Below, piece after piece: positions 43,105-56,586 of a DNA stretch of 64,000 nucleotides. The number at the start of each line of letters is the position of its first letter. The stretch's first letter is position 1. The translations under genes were made by a program, and so were the position numbers. Under the pieces are notes generated by a model that made no database searches, was not told where the DNA came from, and saw only the letters and a list, made by a program, of their open reading frames with translations. Source of the DNA: Octopus vulgaris (taxonomy: Eukaryota); NCBI GenBank assembly GCA_951406725.2, contig OX597822.1:68200001-68264000 (forward strand), given 5' to 3'.

Positions 43105-43155
43105 CGTGTGTGTTTGAGTAGTATACAAATGTCTGTATGTGTGTGTATACATATG

Positions 43156-43208
<53 letters not shown>

Positions 43209-43260
43209 TTATATCTAAATATATACATACATATGTATAGGTATATATATATATATGTAC

Positions 43261-43298
<38 letters not shown>

Positions 43299-43440
43299 AT
43301 GTATATACGGATGTGAATGTGTGTGTATATATATTAATGTATGTGTATAAGCTTGTTATCATATGTGTATGCTCGTGCGTTGAAAAACTATACATATATT
43401 TTGTCTCATTCACTCTCTTATTCAATCAATATATGTGTGT

Positions 43441-43503
<63 letters not shown>

Positions 43504-43507
43504 TACA

Positions 43508-43540
<33 letters not shown>

Positions 43541-43908
43541 GAATGTATGTATGTATATATATGTATGTTTGCACTATGTATGTAAGCATGTATGTATATA
43601 TACCTATATGTGTATTATATGTGGGTATATATGTGTGCATATGTGTGGGCGTGTGTGTCGGCATCTCAGCATTACGGCTGCGTCATGTTACAGGATTTTG
43701 CGCTTACAGGATACGGTCTGTAATTTCGCTCTTACGGCAACTTGGATAAACTCTAAAAATTTAAAAATTTTACATTCTTAACTCCAAAATCGCTTCTTGA
43801 CATTTCAGCTAAGATCAAAATAATCGGCAATTTTTTTAAATACAATCGCTATACATACACAAATGTACACATACACTGTTTGAAAATCTATATTTACAAT
43901 CTATTGGT

Positions 43909-44286
43909 GGCACTCCGTCGGTTACGACGACATGGTTTCCAGTTGATCCGATCAACAGAACAGCCTGCTCGTGAAACTAACGTGCAAGTGGCTGAGCACT
44001 CCACAGACACGTGTGCCCTTAACGTAGTTCTCGGGGAGATTCAGCGTGACACAGAGTGTGACAAGGCTGGCCCTTTGAAATACAGGTTCAACAGAAACAG
44101 GAAGAAAGAGTGAGAGAAAGTTGTGGTGAAAGAGTACAGCAGGGTTCGCCACCCGCCTCACTCCCGCCGGAGCCTCGTAGAGCTTTAGGTGTTTTCGCTC
44201 AATAAATACTCACAACGCCCGATCTGGTAATCGAAACCGCGACCCCACGACGGCGCGTGCCCTAACCACTGGACCATTGCACCTCC
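43909..44286 (-). mobile_element. SINE family C head with module E tail
   Basis: Head matches 60228; tail matches 18690-18860 and 57819-58018. Confidence 0.9.
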
Positions 44287-44495
44287 ACTCACAATCCATA
44301 CATAAATACACACATACATGTGTGGAGTGTATGTGTGGTACATAAAGTGAGTACGCGCATCTGTGTGTGTCAGTGCGTATGTGTATGTAATTATGCGTAT
44401 GCGTCGCCTTAATCACATAATGAGTGAAGGATGAATTTTTTCATTAAATATTTGAGTCTGTGTTTGCGTATGTTTAGTTGATCACAATGTGTATC

Positions 44496-44552
<57 letters not shown>

Positions 44553-44670
44553 AAGAGAGAGTGTGTGTGCATGTGTGTGTATTAATGTTTGTTTTTATTT
44601 TCACTTATAATAGAAACAGTTTTACACAAATTTGATGGGTTACTCTATACATTTGTAAAGTACAAGTTTA

Positions 44671-44787
44671 TTATTTTTATACAAAAATGTTGTTGACAGT
44701 GACATCGAAGTTTCAGCCAGTGAATCCGACGATAGCTTAGTTGACCAAAACTACGAAGTCACTGTTAATAACATTCTTGTATAAGAA

Positions 44788-44790
<3 letters not shown>
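44671..44790. mobile_element. 120-bp fold-back next to (TA)n with hammerhead 3' halves
   Basis: 44672-44714 is the reverse complement of 44747-44790 with mismatches. GAAACTTCGATGTC (minus) and AAAACTACGAAGTC (plus). Confidence 0.6.
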
Positions 44791-44854
<64 letters not shown>

Positions 44855-44859
44855 TACAT

Positions 44860-44920
<61 letters not shown>

Positions 44921-45087
44921 TATATACACACACATATATATATACATATATATATACATATATATATATACATATATATCTATATACATATATATATACA
45001 TACATACATATATATATACATATATATATATACATATATATATACATACATACATATATATATACATATATATATATACATATATAT

Positions 45088-45134
<47 letters not shown>

Positions 45135-45136
<2 letters not shown>

Positions 45137-45263
45137 GTTGAATGATGTAGTTGAATCTGCATAATGTACACCTTATTCCTTCGGAATTAGGAATATGCAG
45201 CCTTCGAAACATACGTCGAGAATAAAGGATATTTGTTAACTAGTCGTTCAACTCCATTCTTTC
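45135..45263 (+). mobile_element. Short insertion in (TA)n with hammerhead 3' half and short inverted 5' end
   Basis: CTGCATA...TATGCAG stem, then GAAACATACGTC (45206-45217). 45136-45155 resembles the reverse complement of 45236-45253. Confidence 0.45.
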
Positions 45264-45347
<84 letters not shown>

Positions 45348-45496
45348 TATCGTTAATTAAAATACCGATCTTATCAGGTGGCCAGCATGGGAATAAAAAT
45401 ATCAAAGGTAATAATTATTATTAAAATCATAATTAAGGGTATCTAAGAGATACCTCCATGGTAGATATTGCAGTCAAAACTTGACTCTAAAACCAC

Positions 45497-45551
<55 letters not shown>

Positions 45552-45742
45552 CAATTAAGGACAACTACTTAATAAGGAAAACTTAACAAGAAATTGTCAG
45601 GTAGATAGCGTAAAAACCTCATAAGAGAAAAAATTTCGAAAATAATTATTTCTTATTGAACATATTAATTTATATATAGAGGGCATTATACATACATTAT
45701 ACATACATTATACATACATTATACATACATTATACATACATT

Positions 45743-45812
<70 letters not shown>

Positions 45813-46595
45813 ATATATATATATATATTGGCCTGCTCGCTAAGCCAGCGGGGTGGCGTCATTCGAAGGCTAAAACAATGCGAACGCATTGTGACCAGCG
45901 ATGTGTAACAACATCTGATGGTCTGGTCGGTCACGTGATCACGTGTTATATATATATATATATATATATAAATATGCACCAACTTCACCACAATCTGTCG
46001 ACCTGTCAACATCAAAATCAGTACAACCGTCGATACTACTAACCAACAAACTCCTAAATAACCAACAACAACAACAACAGCAACAGTAATATGAACGCAA
46101 TAATGGGATGTTTTTAAATATTGAATGAAATGACTTTCATCTTAGTATTATGTTTGATTTGAAACTAAATAATTGATAAGAAGAAAATGAACATCGTCAA
46201 TATAAACATTATCCCAACCATTCCCATATTAACATTACCCCACCGTTAACAAACCACCAGCTTCTGGATAACCGACTGGAAACAACAACAACAATATCAG
46301 CCTGATAGGAATATCTGTAGCTACGTATGTTGTATGTCAACATTAGATATTATGTGAATAGAGTGTGGAGATTTTATATTTAAAGTCAGGGATGTATTGG
46401 GTGAAGTACTAATAACCTTTGTAACACCTTAACTAACTATAGTAATTTATTATTTCCAGTACCTCATTCATTTTGCTCTCACAAAACATTCCTTCCCTGA
46501 TGCTATTTTTTACGGCATATTCATTGTAAGTATACCCACAATTCAAGATGTGTAGAAAGAAACATGCAAGTGGAACTGAAGGTGATAACTATGTT

Positions 46596-46994
46596 CTTTT
46601 CTACTCTAGGCACAAAGCCCGACATTTTTGGGGGGGCGGGAGCCGGTCGATTAGATCGGCCCCAGTACGTAACTAGTACTTAATCCCCGAAAGGATGAAA
46701 GGCAAAATCGACCTTGGTGGAATTTGAACTCAGAACGTAAAGACAGACGAAACACCGCTAAGCATTTCGTGCAGCGTACTAACGTTCCTTATTTCTTTAT
46801 TGCCCACAAGGAGCTAAACATAGAGGGGACAAACAAGGACAGACAAAAGGATTAAGTCGATTACATTGACCCAGTGCGTAACTGGTACTTAATTTATCGA
46901 CCTCGGCGGAATTTGAACTCAGAACGTAACGGCAGACGAAACACCTCTAAGCATTTCGCTCAGCGTGCTAACGTTTCTGCCAGCTCGCCGCCTT
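46596..46994 (-). mobile_element. Two-unit family B SINE array
   Basis: Junction CTAACGTTC|CTTATTTCTTTATTG at about 46787, as in the other arrays. Confidence 0.88.
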
Positions 46995-47585
46995 TAACTA
47001 TGTTTTCACTTAAAGGGGTGATATGCAACAAGCACCAAACAATTTAGGGTAAGTTCTTTGCCTTGTGACTCTCATTCCACTATTATATCCCCACTACAGT
47101 AGCCAACATCTTTTGGTCATTTGTATTCTATCACGATACTATTCCCAAAACGTATTTCTCTTCAAATGTTTAGATATACGCATATTGTATGATTACAAAT
47201 TATTATTTTCATGCAAAAAAAAGGATGTGGTTCTGTTGGTCATTTTTGTTGTGTTTAATTTTCCTTCGAAAATATCCGCCGAAAAGCATTATCACTTTAT
47301 AACATGAAAATCAATGGGAAAATAATTTCGCGTTACGGAATTTTGTATTACGGTAAGTTTTTTTTTTTTTTGAAGAACGCATCATTTCTTTAACGCGGAC
47401 TATTCCCGTATATCTATATCCATGCATATAAGTATATTTACTGATCTGTTTCTGTTTGTCGACCCGTACCTTATATCAATTTATCATTTTCTATAAATTC
47501 ATTTCTTCAAAGAGGATATTGTTATGTGTCTATATCTATTTCAATTATCAATTAGTCTACCGCATATTTGTTTATATATGTCTAG

Positions 47586-47662
<77 letters not shown>

Positions 47663-48295
47663 CACACACATACACATATTCATTTATATGTGTGTATATA
47701 TGTGTACGAATAATAAACACACAATCTTACGTATCTATCTATAAATCTATATAACTCATTTTTCATTCGTCCTCGTTACTTTTGTATATGTGTATATCTG
47801 TATACGCATATCACTGTGCGTGCTTATCTCAGTGTTTGTAACTTTGCATGTGTATATGTTTGTATGTATGTTTGTGTGAGTGTTTATGTGTTTGCGTGTG
47901 AGTGCTTTTGCGCATGCGTTTATGTGTGCTTATTAAAGTTATGTGCGTGGGCAAGGTATAATTTTCCAATTCAGTAAATGTATTCTCGATTTTACCTGAA
48001 GCCAAAATAGAAAGAAATACCAATATTTAAACCTATTAATGTCTTATATTAAAACTTTTTTTCTGTTTCTAATTTCAGTTGAACTCTGAAGAGAAATGAA
48101 CGCTTCACTTCCAGAATGTTTCCATGAAGTTTATCTCATTTTCTGATCTTACTAGTCCCGTCAACAGTGTATGTAGGCATGGCTCAATGGTTAAGAAGCT
48201 TGCTTCGTAACTGACGGTTCTGAGTTCACTTCCACAGCACATGGTTCCGAGTTCAGTGTGTATGTATATATGCACCGAAAGCATATATAGAAAGT

Positions 48296-48712
48296 TTACT
48301 CTTTTTTCTCTTTTACTTGTTTCAGTCACGTGAATGCGGCCATACGGGAGCACTGCCTTTAGTCAAGCAAATCGACCCCAGGACTTATTCTTTGTAAGCC
48401 TAGTATTTATTCTATCGGACTCTTTTGCCGAACCGCTAAGTTACGGGGACATAAGCACAACAGCATCGGTTGTCAAGCGATGTTGGGGGGACAAACACAG
48501 ACACACAAACATATACACACACAAACATATACACACACATACATATATATATATACATATATACGACAGGCTTCTTTTAGTTTCCGTCTACCAAATCCAT
48601 TCACAAGGCTTTGGTCGGCCCGAGGCAAAAGTAGAAGACACTTTACACAAGGTGCCACGCAGTGGGACTGAACCCGGAAACATGCAGTTGGTAAGCAAGC
48701 TACTTACCACAC
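48296..48712 (-). mobile_element. SINE family A, full length
   Basis: Reverse complement of 62094-62501. Confidence 0.9.
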
Positions 48713-48762
48713 ACAAATACGAACTAATATAGTTCTTAAATTTGACCGAGGGAGGGAGACTG

Positions 48763-48829
48763 GTTCGCTGGTGTAAAAGTAACACAGTCGCGTTAACAAA
48801 AGGATGTGGGTTCGAGTCCCACGCGGATA
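48763..48829 (+). pseudogene. tRNA-derived sequence (pseudogene or head of an unclassified element)
   Basis: Acceptor-like GTTCGC/GCGGAT, D arm GTGT..ACAC, perfect T arm GTGGG-TTCGAGT-CCCAC; anticodon arm does not pair. Confidence 0.55.
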
Positions 48830-49010
48830 GGAAAGCCTTCTTGTTTCTGTCGAAGGCTTATATGCCCCATTATTAGACTATTTTCCTTAATCATTGCACG
48901 GTGATCGCCATAAGCTTTAAGCTCATATAAAAATACGGGATTGTAAAATATGGCGCCGTATAACAAAATCATTCGCACGGAAAGCATATATATATATATA
49001 TATATATATA

Positions 49011-49776
49011 CGAGCAAAACGCCCCCCGTCCAATGGACGGTGCTGATTTGTCAAACTTTAAAACCAAATTTTCTCAAAACAACTTGTCCGACCGTCCCAT
49101 AGGCCTCCCCCTTTGAGAAACACTGATTTAGCCTAAATTTGAGACACCAGCAAAAAAAAAGAAAAACAATAGACTTTTTTTCTATTACAAAGAAAAACGA
49201 TTTTATTCACACAAATATGCAACCGAAAAGTTTAAAGTACCAGTATGGCAGGAAAGAAACGTGCCTTTAAGCAGTACAAAAACAACAAAAAATCGAAGGT
49301 GCAGTTATGTACAAGTTGACGGAAGAAAAGCAGGAGAAAGACGATGCATGCAAATGGGTTAACTGGAGGTAAATCTAGATGGAAAAGCATAATGAATTTA
49401 TGAGAACGTACCTGGGACTATAATAGGTTTATCCGATAAAACATGTAGGAAATCAACTTGGGGCAATTTTTGATGAAAAACAACAACCTAGGGAACTAAG
49501 TAACTAATTTTAAGCTAACTTACTTTACGGGATGTTCAAGGGCATGGAAAAGCTAGTGGCAGCAGCTGATGTACTTGCGCGTACAAATGCACGTTCCCAC
49601 GGCTTTATCGATCGCATTCTCACCTGGAATCGATTTTTGTAATTTTTTTCAAGACTTATACACACCCTGATACCGTCGGTGTCTACATATCAAATTTGAG
49701 CGCAATCGGATGGAGGATGCCCGAGATCCTAGAAGACACACACACACAGACTGACAGAACGATTTTATATAATAGA
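49011..49776 (-). mobile_element. Non-autonomous Helitron
   Basis: Minus strand starts A|TCTATTATATAAAA followed by (TCTG)/(TG)n, and ends with hairpin CCGTCCA-T-TGGACGG (49026-49040) then CTCG|T (variant of CTAG). Confidence 0.8.
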
Positions 49777-50099
49777 TAAGCTTTCCGTGCGAATGTTAAC
49801 GACTAGGCGGTCAGGCGAGTATACTGGCAATAATGTGACAAAATTTGAAATATTGTATAGGTAAATGCAGCTGATCGAATTTACGTTGTTAAACGTGTTG
49901 GAAGAGTAAGAAACCGGTCCTGCATTATCCGATTCTAGGTTGTCCATTTATCGAATGTTCTTCCTAGAGGTAAGACAAATTTTTCACACACACATCTTTG
50001 CCAGCATATACGCAGTGAAGCTTTACAACAGCGTCGTATTTGTATCGATTGCTGTTTTCCAGTAAATAAATATTGGTGCTTTGTTGTACCACTCATCTG

Positions 50100-50172
<73 letters not shown>

Positions 50173-51202
50173 GAATTCCTATATTTTTCGTCACCCAAAT
50201 TCACTCACATGGCATCGGTCGACCCAGGACTATAGTAGCAATCATTTACCTAAAGGGCTACGCAGTGGTACTGATTCCGAAACTACGCGGTTGCCAGGTT
50301 GCAAAGCGAGCTTCTTAACACAACCAAACATTATACGAAAATATTGCTGTGGTTTCATTTGGAGTGGACCATGGCTATAAAATAGGCTTGTAATATAGAA
50401 ATATATTCCTTTTATGTCCATTTCAGTTTGTGGTCCTCAACTATTTTTTGCCTACGGAGCCCTTTGGTTCCTGTTTTATTATACTGGTCCTCCATTGCCA
50501 TTCGATGTTTCCGTTTTATTCGTGTAAATTGAAAAGTAAATTCCTGTCACTACAACTCAACAGTTTTTGGGTGTTGCCGAAAAAGCACCACGTTATAACG
50601 ACTGTTTTTGAAAAATAGATGGATGGATAGATAAAGAAACAAAATAGAAACAGAGATTAATCCTAAAATGATAACGGGTAAGAGGCAAAAATACATGTCC
50701 AAAAATAGGAAGAAAGGTTGGGGGGAAGAGAAAGAGAGATAGAAAAAAATAGCAAGTGATAGAGAAATCGGGTGAAGGAGAGGAGGAGGAGGAGGAAAGA
50801 AGAAAAACACGGCATGACAAATGAGACAAACGAGAAGGAATGAAAAAAATAGACAGACCAAAAGACGAACAGACAGACTTGAAGAAGAAGAAAAAATTGA
50901 AAATAATCGTTTGCAGATTAGATTGCATCATTCATCTCTCGCCTCCGCCTCACCTCCATTACAGTTCAAGACATTCTTCACCACCAGCAATAACAACAAC
51001 AACAACAACCAACAATAACACAACAGAACCAACCATCACCGTCACCACCACCACCGCCACCACCGTCCAAACCATCGTCATCACCGCCACTATGTCCAGC
51101 TTAGACATAGAAGTAATTATTTTTAGTGCTTCTAGTTATTGTTTCCGTTCTAAAACTAACTCACTAAATGTACCAACGAACAAACGAGAATGTATGTACA
51201 TA

Positions 51203-51324
<122 letters not shown>

Positions 51325-51585
51325 TACAGGGTGATTCATATTGTAGTAGGAATATATGTATGTATGTATGTATGCATGTATGTATGTATGTATGTTTTAC
51401 TTTTCTCTAGTTTCACCTCAGAGCTGCGGCCATGCTGATGCACCGCCGCATGTATGTATATATATATGTATATATACATATATATATATAAAGTGTATAT
51501 ATAAAAATGTATATAAAATGTACATACTATGGAGTATATATACATATATACATACAAATATATGTGCAAATGTCTGTGCATACAT

Positions 51586-51639
<54 letters not shown>

Positions 51640-51701
51640 CATATTTATATACGTGTATATACATATATATATATATACATACATATATACATATTATATG
51701 C

Positions 51702-51765
<64 letters not shown>

Positions 51766-51792
51766 GGATATATATAGTATAGTGTATATGTA

Positions 51793-53114
51793 CGAGGGGG
51801 CACCCAAAAGAAACCGGCATTTTCCAATATTATTTTATTCACTTAGTTTTACATGTTTACACTTTTACCGCCTTCAAAGTATTCTCCATTTGAAGGAATT
51901 AATCGGTCCCGACTCGTTTTCCACTGTTCAAAGCAGTCCTGGAATTTTTGCGAAGTGATGCCTTTTAACACCGCCTTCGATTTTTGTCTCAGCTCTTGCA
52001 TCACTGCAAAACGTTTTCCTTTAAGGACTTTGTTCATTCCAGGGAATAAAAAACGTCGCAAGGGAGCAAGTTCGGATGAATAGGGAGGGTGGGTAAGCAG
52101 AGCTATGCCATTTTAGGTCAAAAACTGTCCTTCAGTCAAGGTGGTGTACACAAGCGCATTGTCGTGATGAAACTACAACTCTCCACTTTTCCACAGTTCG
52201 GTGCGTTTCGGTTTCACTGCGTCTTGCAAATGCTTCAGAACTGCCCAATAGAATGTCTGGTTAGCAGTTTGCCCAGAGGGAACAAATTCTGTGTGGACAA
52301 TTCCTTTCGTATCGATGAAACAAATCAGCATCTTCTTCGCATTGGACTTCACTTAACGCAGTTTTTGGGGAGGTGTGGTGACATCAAACGCCTCCATTGA
52401 CTTGATTGTTGCTTTGTTTCCAGGTCGTAGCTGTAGCATCGGCTTTCGTCACCAACGATAACTGTTGAATAAAGGTCCGGATCAACATCCAACTATTCTT
52501 TCAGTTCACGACACTCATTCAGTCGTGACTGCTTTTGATCTTCCTTCAACAAGCGAAGCACAAATTTTGCTGCAACTTTTTTCATTCGGAATTCCTCGCT
52601 CAAAATTCGTTGGCAGGAGCTTCATGACACACCAGTTACATCAACAAGTTCGTCAGTTGATCGGTGACTGTCCTCCAAGATCAGTTCGTGAATTTTCGTG
52701 ATGTTTTCATTAATTCGAAAAGTTGACGGTCGCCCTGAATGATGTTGATATTCAAGCGACAAGTGACCATTGTTAAAGCGTGAAAACCACCCGTAAACTT
52801 GTGTTTTGCTTATGGCAGCGTTCTTGTAAGCTTTATGAAGCTCGACAACTGTTTCGGCCGCTGTTTTCCCCAGCAGAAAACAGAATTTCACGGAAGCACG
52901 TTATTCCTTCGTTTCAGCTATCGCAAAATCGATGAACAGGGGAGAAGCGCAGCAAAACAAAGACGCACCACGTGACAGTACGACTACACGCAACGACATT
53001 GGTCAGAGACTGATGCCTGAGGCTCGCATCAAGTGACTTCTAGCGGCGGGAGCCTGAACAACAACGGGCTTGTCCCGCAGAAAACGTTTCCGGTTACTTT
53101 TGGGTGTCCCCTCG
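51793..53114 (-). mobile_element. Full-length 1322-bp mariner element with pseudogenised transposase
   Basis: 25-bp TIRs CGAGGGGGCACCCAAAAGAAACCGG and CCGGTTACTTTTGGGTGTCCCCTCG, TA on both sides. Motifs KFCFLLGK, QVYGWFSRF, GDES, HHDNA, HPPYSSELAP and NGEYFEG with stops and frameshifts. Confidence 0.95.
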
Positions 53115-53354
53115 TATGTGTATGTACGTGTGTTTGTATATGTATTTGTATACGTATCCATATATGTATGTGTGTATGTGTATTAACAGTATATACATTA
53201 ATAACAGAAAATAATTGCATCAACCATAAATACGATTCCACAAATAATTAGAGGAAGCACAGTCGACTGTCAGGTGACAATGAAAGAGGACTGTACCGAA
53301 GGGAAAGAGGACTGTACCGAGTCTAGTACTACACTTTTAGAGAAGGGAACAGTT

Positions 53355-53492
53355 CAGTTCTATATTCAAGAGATGAGGAATTATTTACATTATTTACATT
53401 TGACGGATATTTGTTCTCATCTTGTTGTTAACACAACGTTGTGTTAGCAACAAACAAGATGAGGACAAATATCCGTCAAATGTAAATAATGT
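53355..53492. mobile_element. Fold-back copy of the 3' half of the 26460-26752 element with 12-bp TSD
   Basis: Arms hinge on AACGTT (53435-53440); flanked by AAGGGAACAGTT at 53343-53354 and 53493-53504. Confidence 0.88.
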
Positions 53493-53711
53493 AAGGGAAC
53501 AGTTGTTTAAACCAATCCCAGTACTTCAAACGTGCTATCTCTATAAACCCCAGACGGATGGGAAAATCGACCGTGTGAAACGTAAAACGGCGTAATTCAA
53601 TAAAGCCAAGCATTTTATGCGACACGCTACCGATTTTTCCACACCACATCGACTGCCGTTTGATTGTAGACTACATTGCTTTTTCGCTTCACCTTTTATT
53701 TCGTTTTTTTA

Positions 53712-53745
53712 TTCTTGATGAAGGACTTTTGTCTGAAATATTGAA
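53712..53745 (+). ncRNA. Decayed minimal hammerhead motif
   Basis: TTC-TTGATGA-a-GGAC tttt GTCT-GAAA-TATT-GAA. AATATT could be CpG-decayed AACGTT. Confidence 0.45.
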
Positions 53746-53759
53746 CGCTCCTCATATTA

Positions 53760-54110
53760 GACACAGCTTTGGCTGTGTGGTTAAGAAGGTCGCTCTGCAA
53801 CCACATCACTTTAGGTTCAGTCCTCCACTACATGGCAACTTGAGCAAGAGTCCTCTACTAGAGCCCTAGGCTGAACAGTGCTGTGTGAGTTGATTTGGTA
53901 AGCAGAAACTGTGTGGAAGCCTGTTTCCTCCTTCGCCTTGACAGCCATTGCTAGTTTGTTACATTCCTGTAATTTTAAGGTTTGGCAAAAGAGACAGTTA
54001 ATCTAAGTACTAGATTTACAAAATAAGTCGATTCACAAAATAAAACCACTGAAGCCCTTCAAGACAGTGCTCCAGCATGGCCGCAGTCTAAGGACAATAA
54101 CAAGTAAAAG
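53760..54110 (+). mobile_element. SINE family A, old copy
   Basis: Colinear with 24036-24462. Confidence 0.75.
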
Positions 54111-54841
54111 AAGAATATTTTTGTATTGATTGCTGTTTTGTCGGAGTTAAGTTAAGAATTAATATTTATTTCAAATTTTGGCACAAAGCCAGCAATTATG
54201 GGAAAAGGACAAGTGAATTACATCGACCCCAGAGAGTTCAACTGGTACTTATTTTATCGACTCCGAAAGGATTAAAAGGCAGTGTCGACTTCGGCGGAAT
54301 TTGAACTCAGAACATTAAGACAAACAAAATGCCGCTGAGCATTTCGCACGGTACAGTAACCAACTCGCCGCCTTATTTACATATCACCTATATTAACATT
54401 GTTTTTATATAATTTAGCACAGATGGACGATGTGACAGAAAATTCGTTGGAGTATTAGGAAAAAGGCTTTGCGGCATTTCTTCTGGTTGTTTACATTCTT
54501 AGTTCAAATCCGACGAAGGTCAAACTTTGCCTTTCATTCATACAAGGGTCGATAAAATAAAATATCAATTGAATGCTGGTCAAATAATCGACTAACCTCC
54601 TCCCACAAATTTCTAGCTCTGTGTCTATATTAGAAACAATCATTAAATCATGAAACCGGAAAGGACACCGCAATGCATGCTTGTTAGCTTTTTAATGTTC
54701 CCTGTGCATAAGGCAGCGAGCTAGCAGAATCGTTAGCACACCGGGCAAAAAGCTTAGCAGCATTTCGTCCATCTTTATGTCCTGAGTTCAAATTCCGCCA
54801 AGGTCGACTTTGTCTTTCATCCTTTTGGAGTCGCTAAACTA

Positions 54842-54963
54842 CAGGGGTCGGCAAAAGTAGGTATACAATTGTTTAATAAGAGCGGAATGTTCTTTTGATT
54901 TCTTTATTTCCTTCTTAGGATCAGAATACACAGCAACTATATACCTACTTTTGTCTACCCTTG
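54842..54963. mobile_element. 122-bp Tc1/mariner-type MITE nested in a family B SINE (54709-55030)
   Basis: TIRs CAGGGGTCGGCAAAAGTAGGTATA and TATACCTACTTTTGTCTACCCTTG, TA on both sides; removal restores the SINE core. Confidence 0.88.
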
Positions 54964-55547
54964 TAAGTACGAGTTGAGTACTTGGGTCGATGTAATCGAC
55001 TTAGCTCTACCCCGAAATTTCTGGCATTGTATTCTCTGTTCATTCCGAGCTCTGTGAGTCTCTGTTCAAGACCTGCTCCTTCATCAGAAACGATGATACT
55101 TCTGTAAAGAGATATAGCTGACAAAAATTATTAGCAATTTGTAAAACCAATGGAGATATTTAATTTTCTCGGTCCGATCATCCCTGTAAATTAGGAGTAC
55201 AGCAAAAGGAACTGATGGAATAAGTACCAGGCTGGAAAAAAAACAAGCATTGGGGTCCATTTTTTGACTAAAAACCCTTCAACGCGATACCCCAACACGG
55301 TCGCATCCCAATGATTAGAGCAAGTAAAAGAGAAATGATGAAAAGAATTTCTTTCAAATTATACCTTACCCTCTTTAATAAGGGACAGGTACATTAGATT
55401 ATGTAGCCCTAGGCAACCAATACCAGAAAGGACAGAGAAAACACTGTTGGAGCAGTTTTTTATGATAGGTCTGTTCATTGAGGGTTGAACTGGAACTAAA
55501 ACAGAAATAACAGTAACAACATCAGCAACAACAATAATAATGATTCC

Positions 55548-55759
55548 CAATTTTGGCACAAAGCCAGTAACTTTGCGGGGTCAAGTAGATTATATATCGA
55601 CCCCAGTACTCAGCTGGTACTTATTTTAACGACCTCCCGAAAGGATGAAAGGCAAAGTCGACCTCGGCGGAATTTGAACTCAGAACGTAGCGACGAGGGA
55701 AATACCGCTACGCATTCCCTCCAGCGTGCTAACTAACGACTCTGCCAGCTCGGCCGCAT

Positions 55760-55760
<1 letters not shown>
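55548..55760 (-). mobile_element. Family B SINE monomer next to (AAT)n
   Basis: Meta-like core and head present. Confidence 0.85.
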
Positions 55761-55850
<90 letters not shown>

Positions 55851-56024
55851 TAATGATAATGATGATAATAATAATAACAATAACAACAACAACAACATAA
55901 ACAACAACAACATCAATGTCAACAACAACAACATCAACAACAATAACAACAGCAGCAGCAATGGTAAAGGGCTACGGGACTAAAAATAATCCAGATGTCA
56001 AAAACAAAATATATATGTGTGTGC

Positions 56025-56074
<50 letters not shown>

Positions 56075-56586
56075 GTGTGTGTGTGAGTGCGTGTGTGTGT
56101 GTGTGTGTATGTGTGCGTGTGTGTATTAAAGACACCAGAATTTAAAATAAATTATGTCAATTTTATTTTTCTTTCTTTACTACTTTCATTTCTAAAAATA
56201 ATATTAATCATTTCCTTTTCGTAGCAACATGGATGAATATTTTGAAAGGGGACGAAGAATGAGAAGGGCGTTACAGAGACAGTTTGTAAAACTACAAGGA
56301 TGGCGGAGGTTGGTGGTGGGGTAGAATGCTCGAAATAACAACAACAACAACGTGACGATTGGGGGTGGGGGACAATTACGGAGACGATTTATATATAGGA
56401 ATAGGGGTCAAAATAACAATATCAACAATAGCAATAATAAAAAACTATAATAATGGAATGATTGGAGAGGAGAAAGGGATATTCTAAAGATGAATTAGGA
56501 AACAGTGAGAGGTTTCAAACAGTGACATCAACAACAACATCAACAGCTACAAATACTAATACTACTTCTACTACTACTGCTACTAC

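Noticed and set aside
48082-48125. CTGAAGA plus hairpin
   Set aside because: No GAAA core and no adjacent stem I partner.
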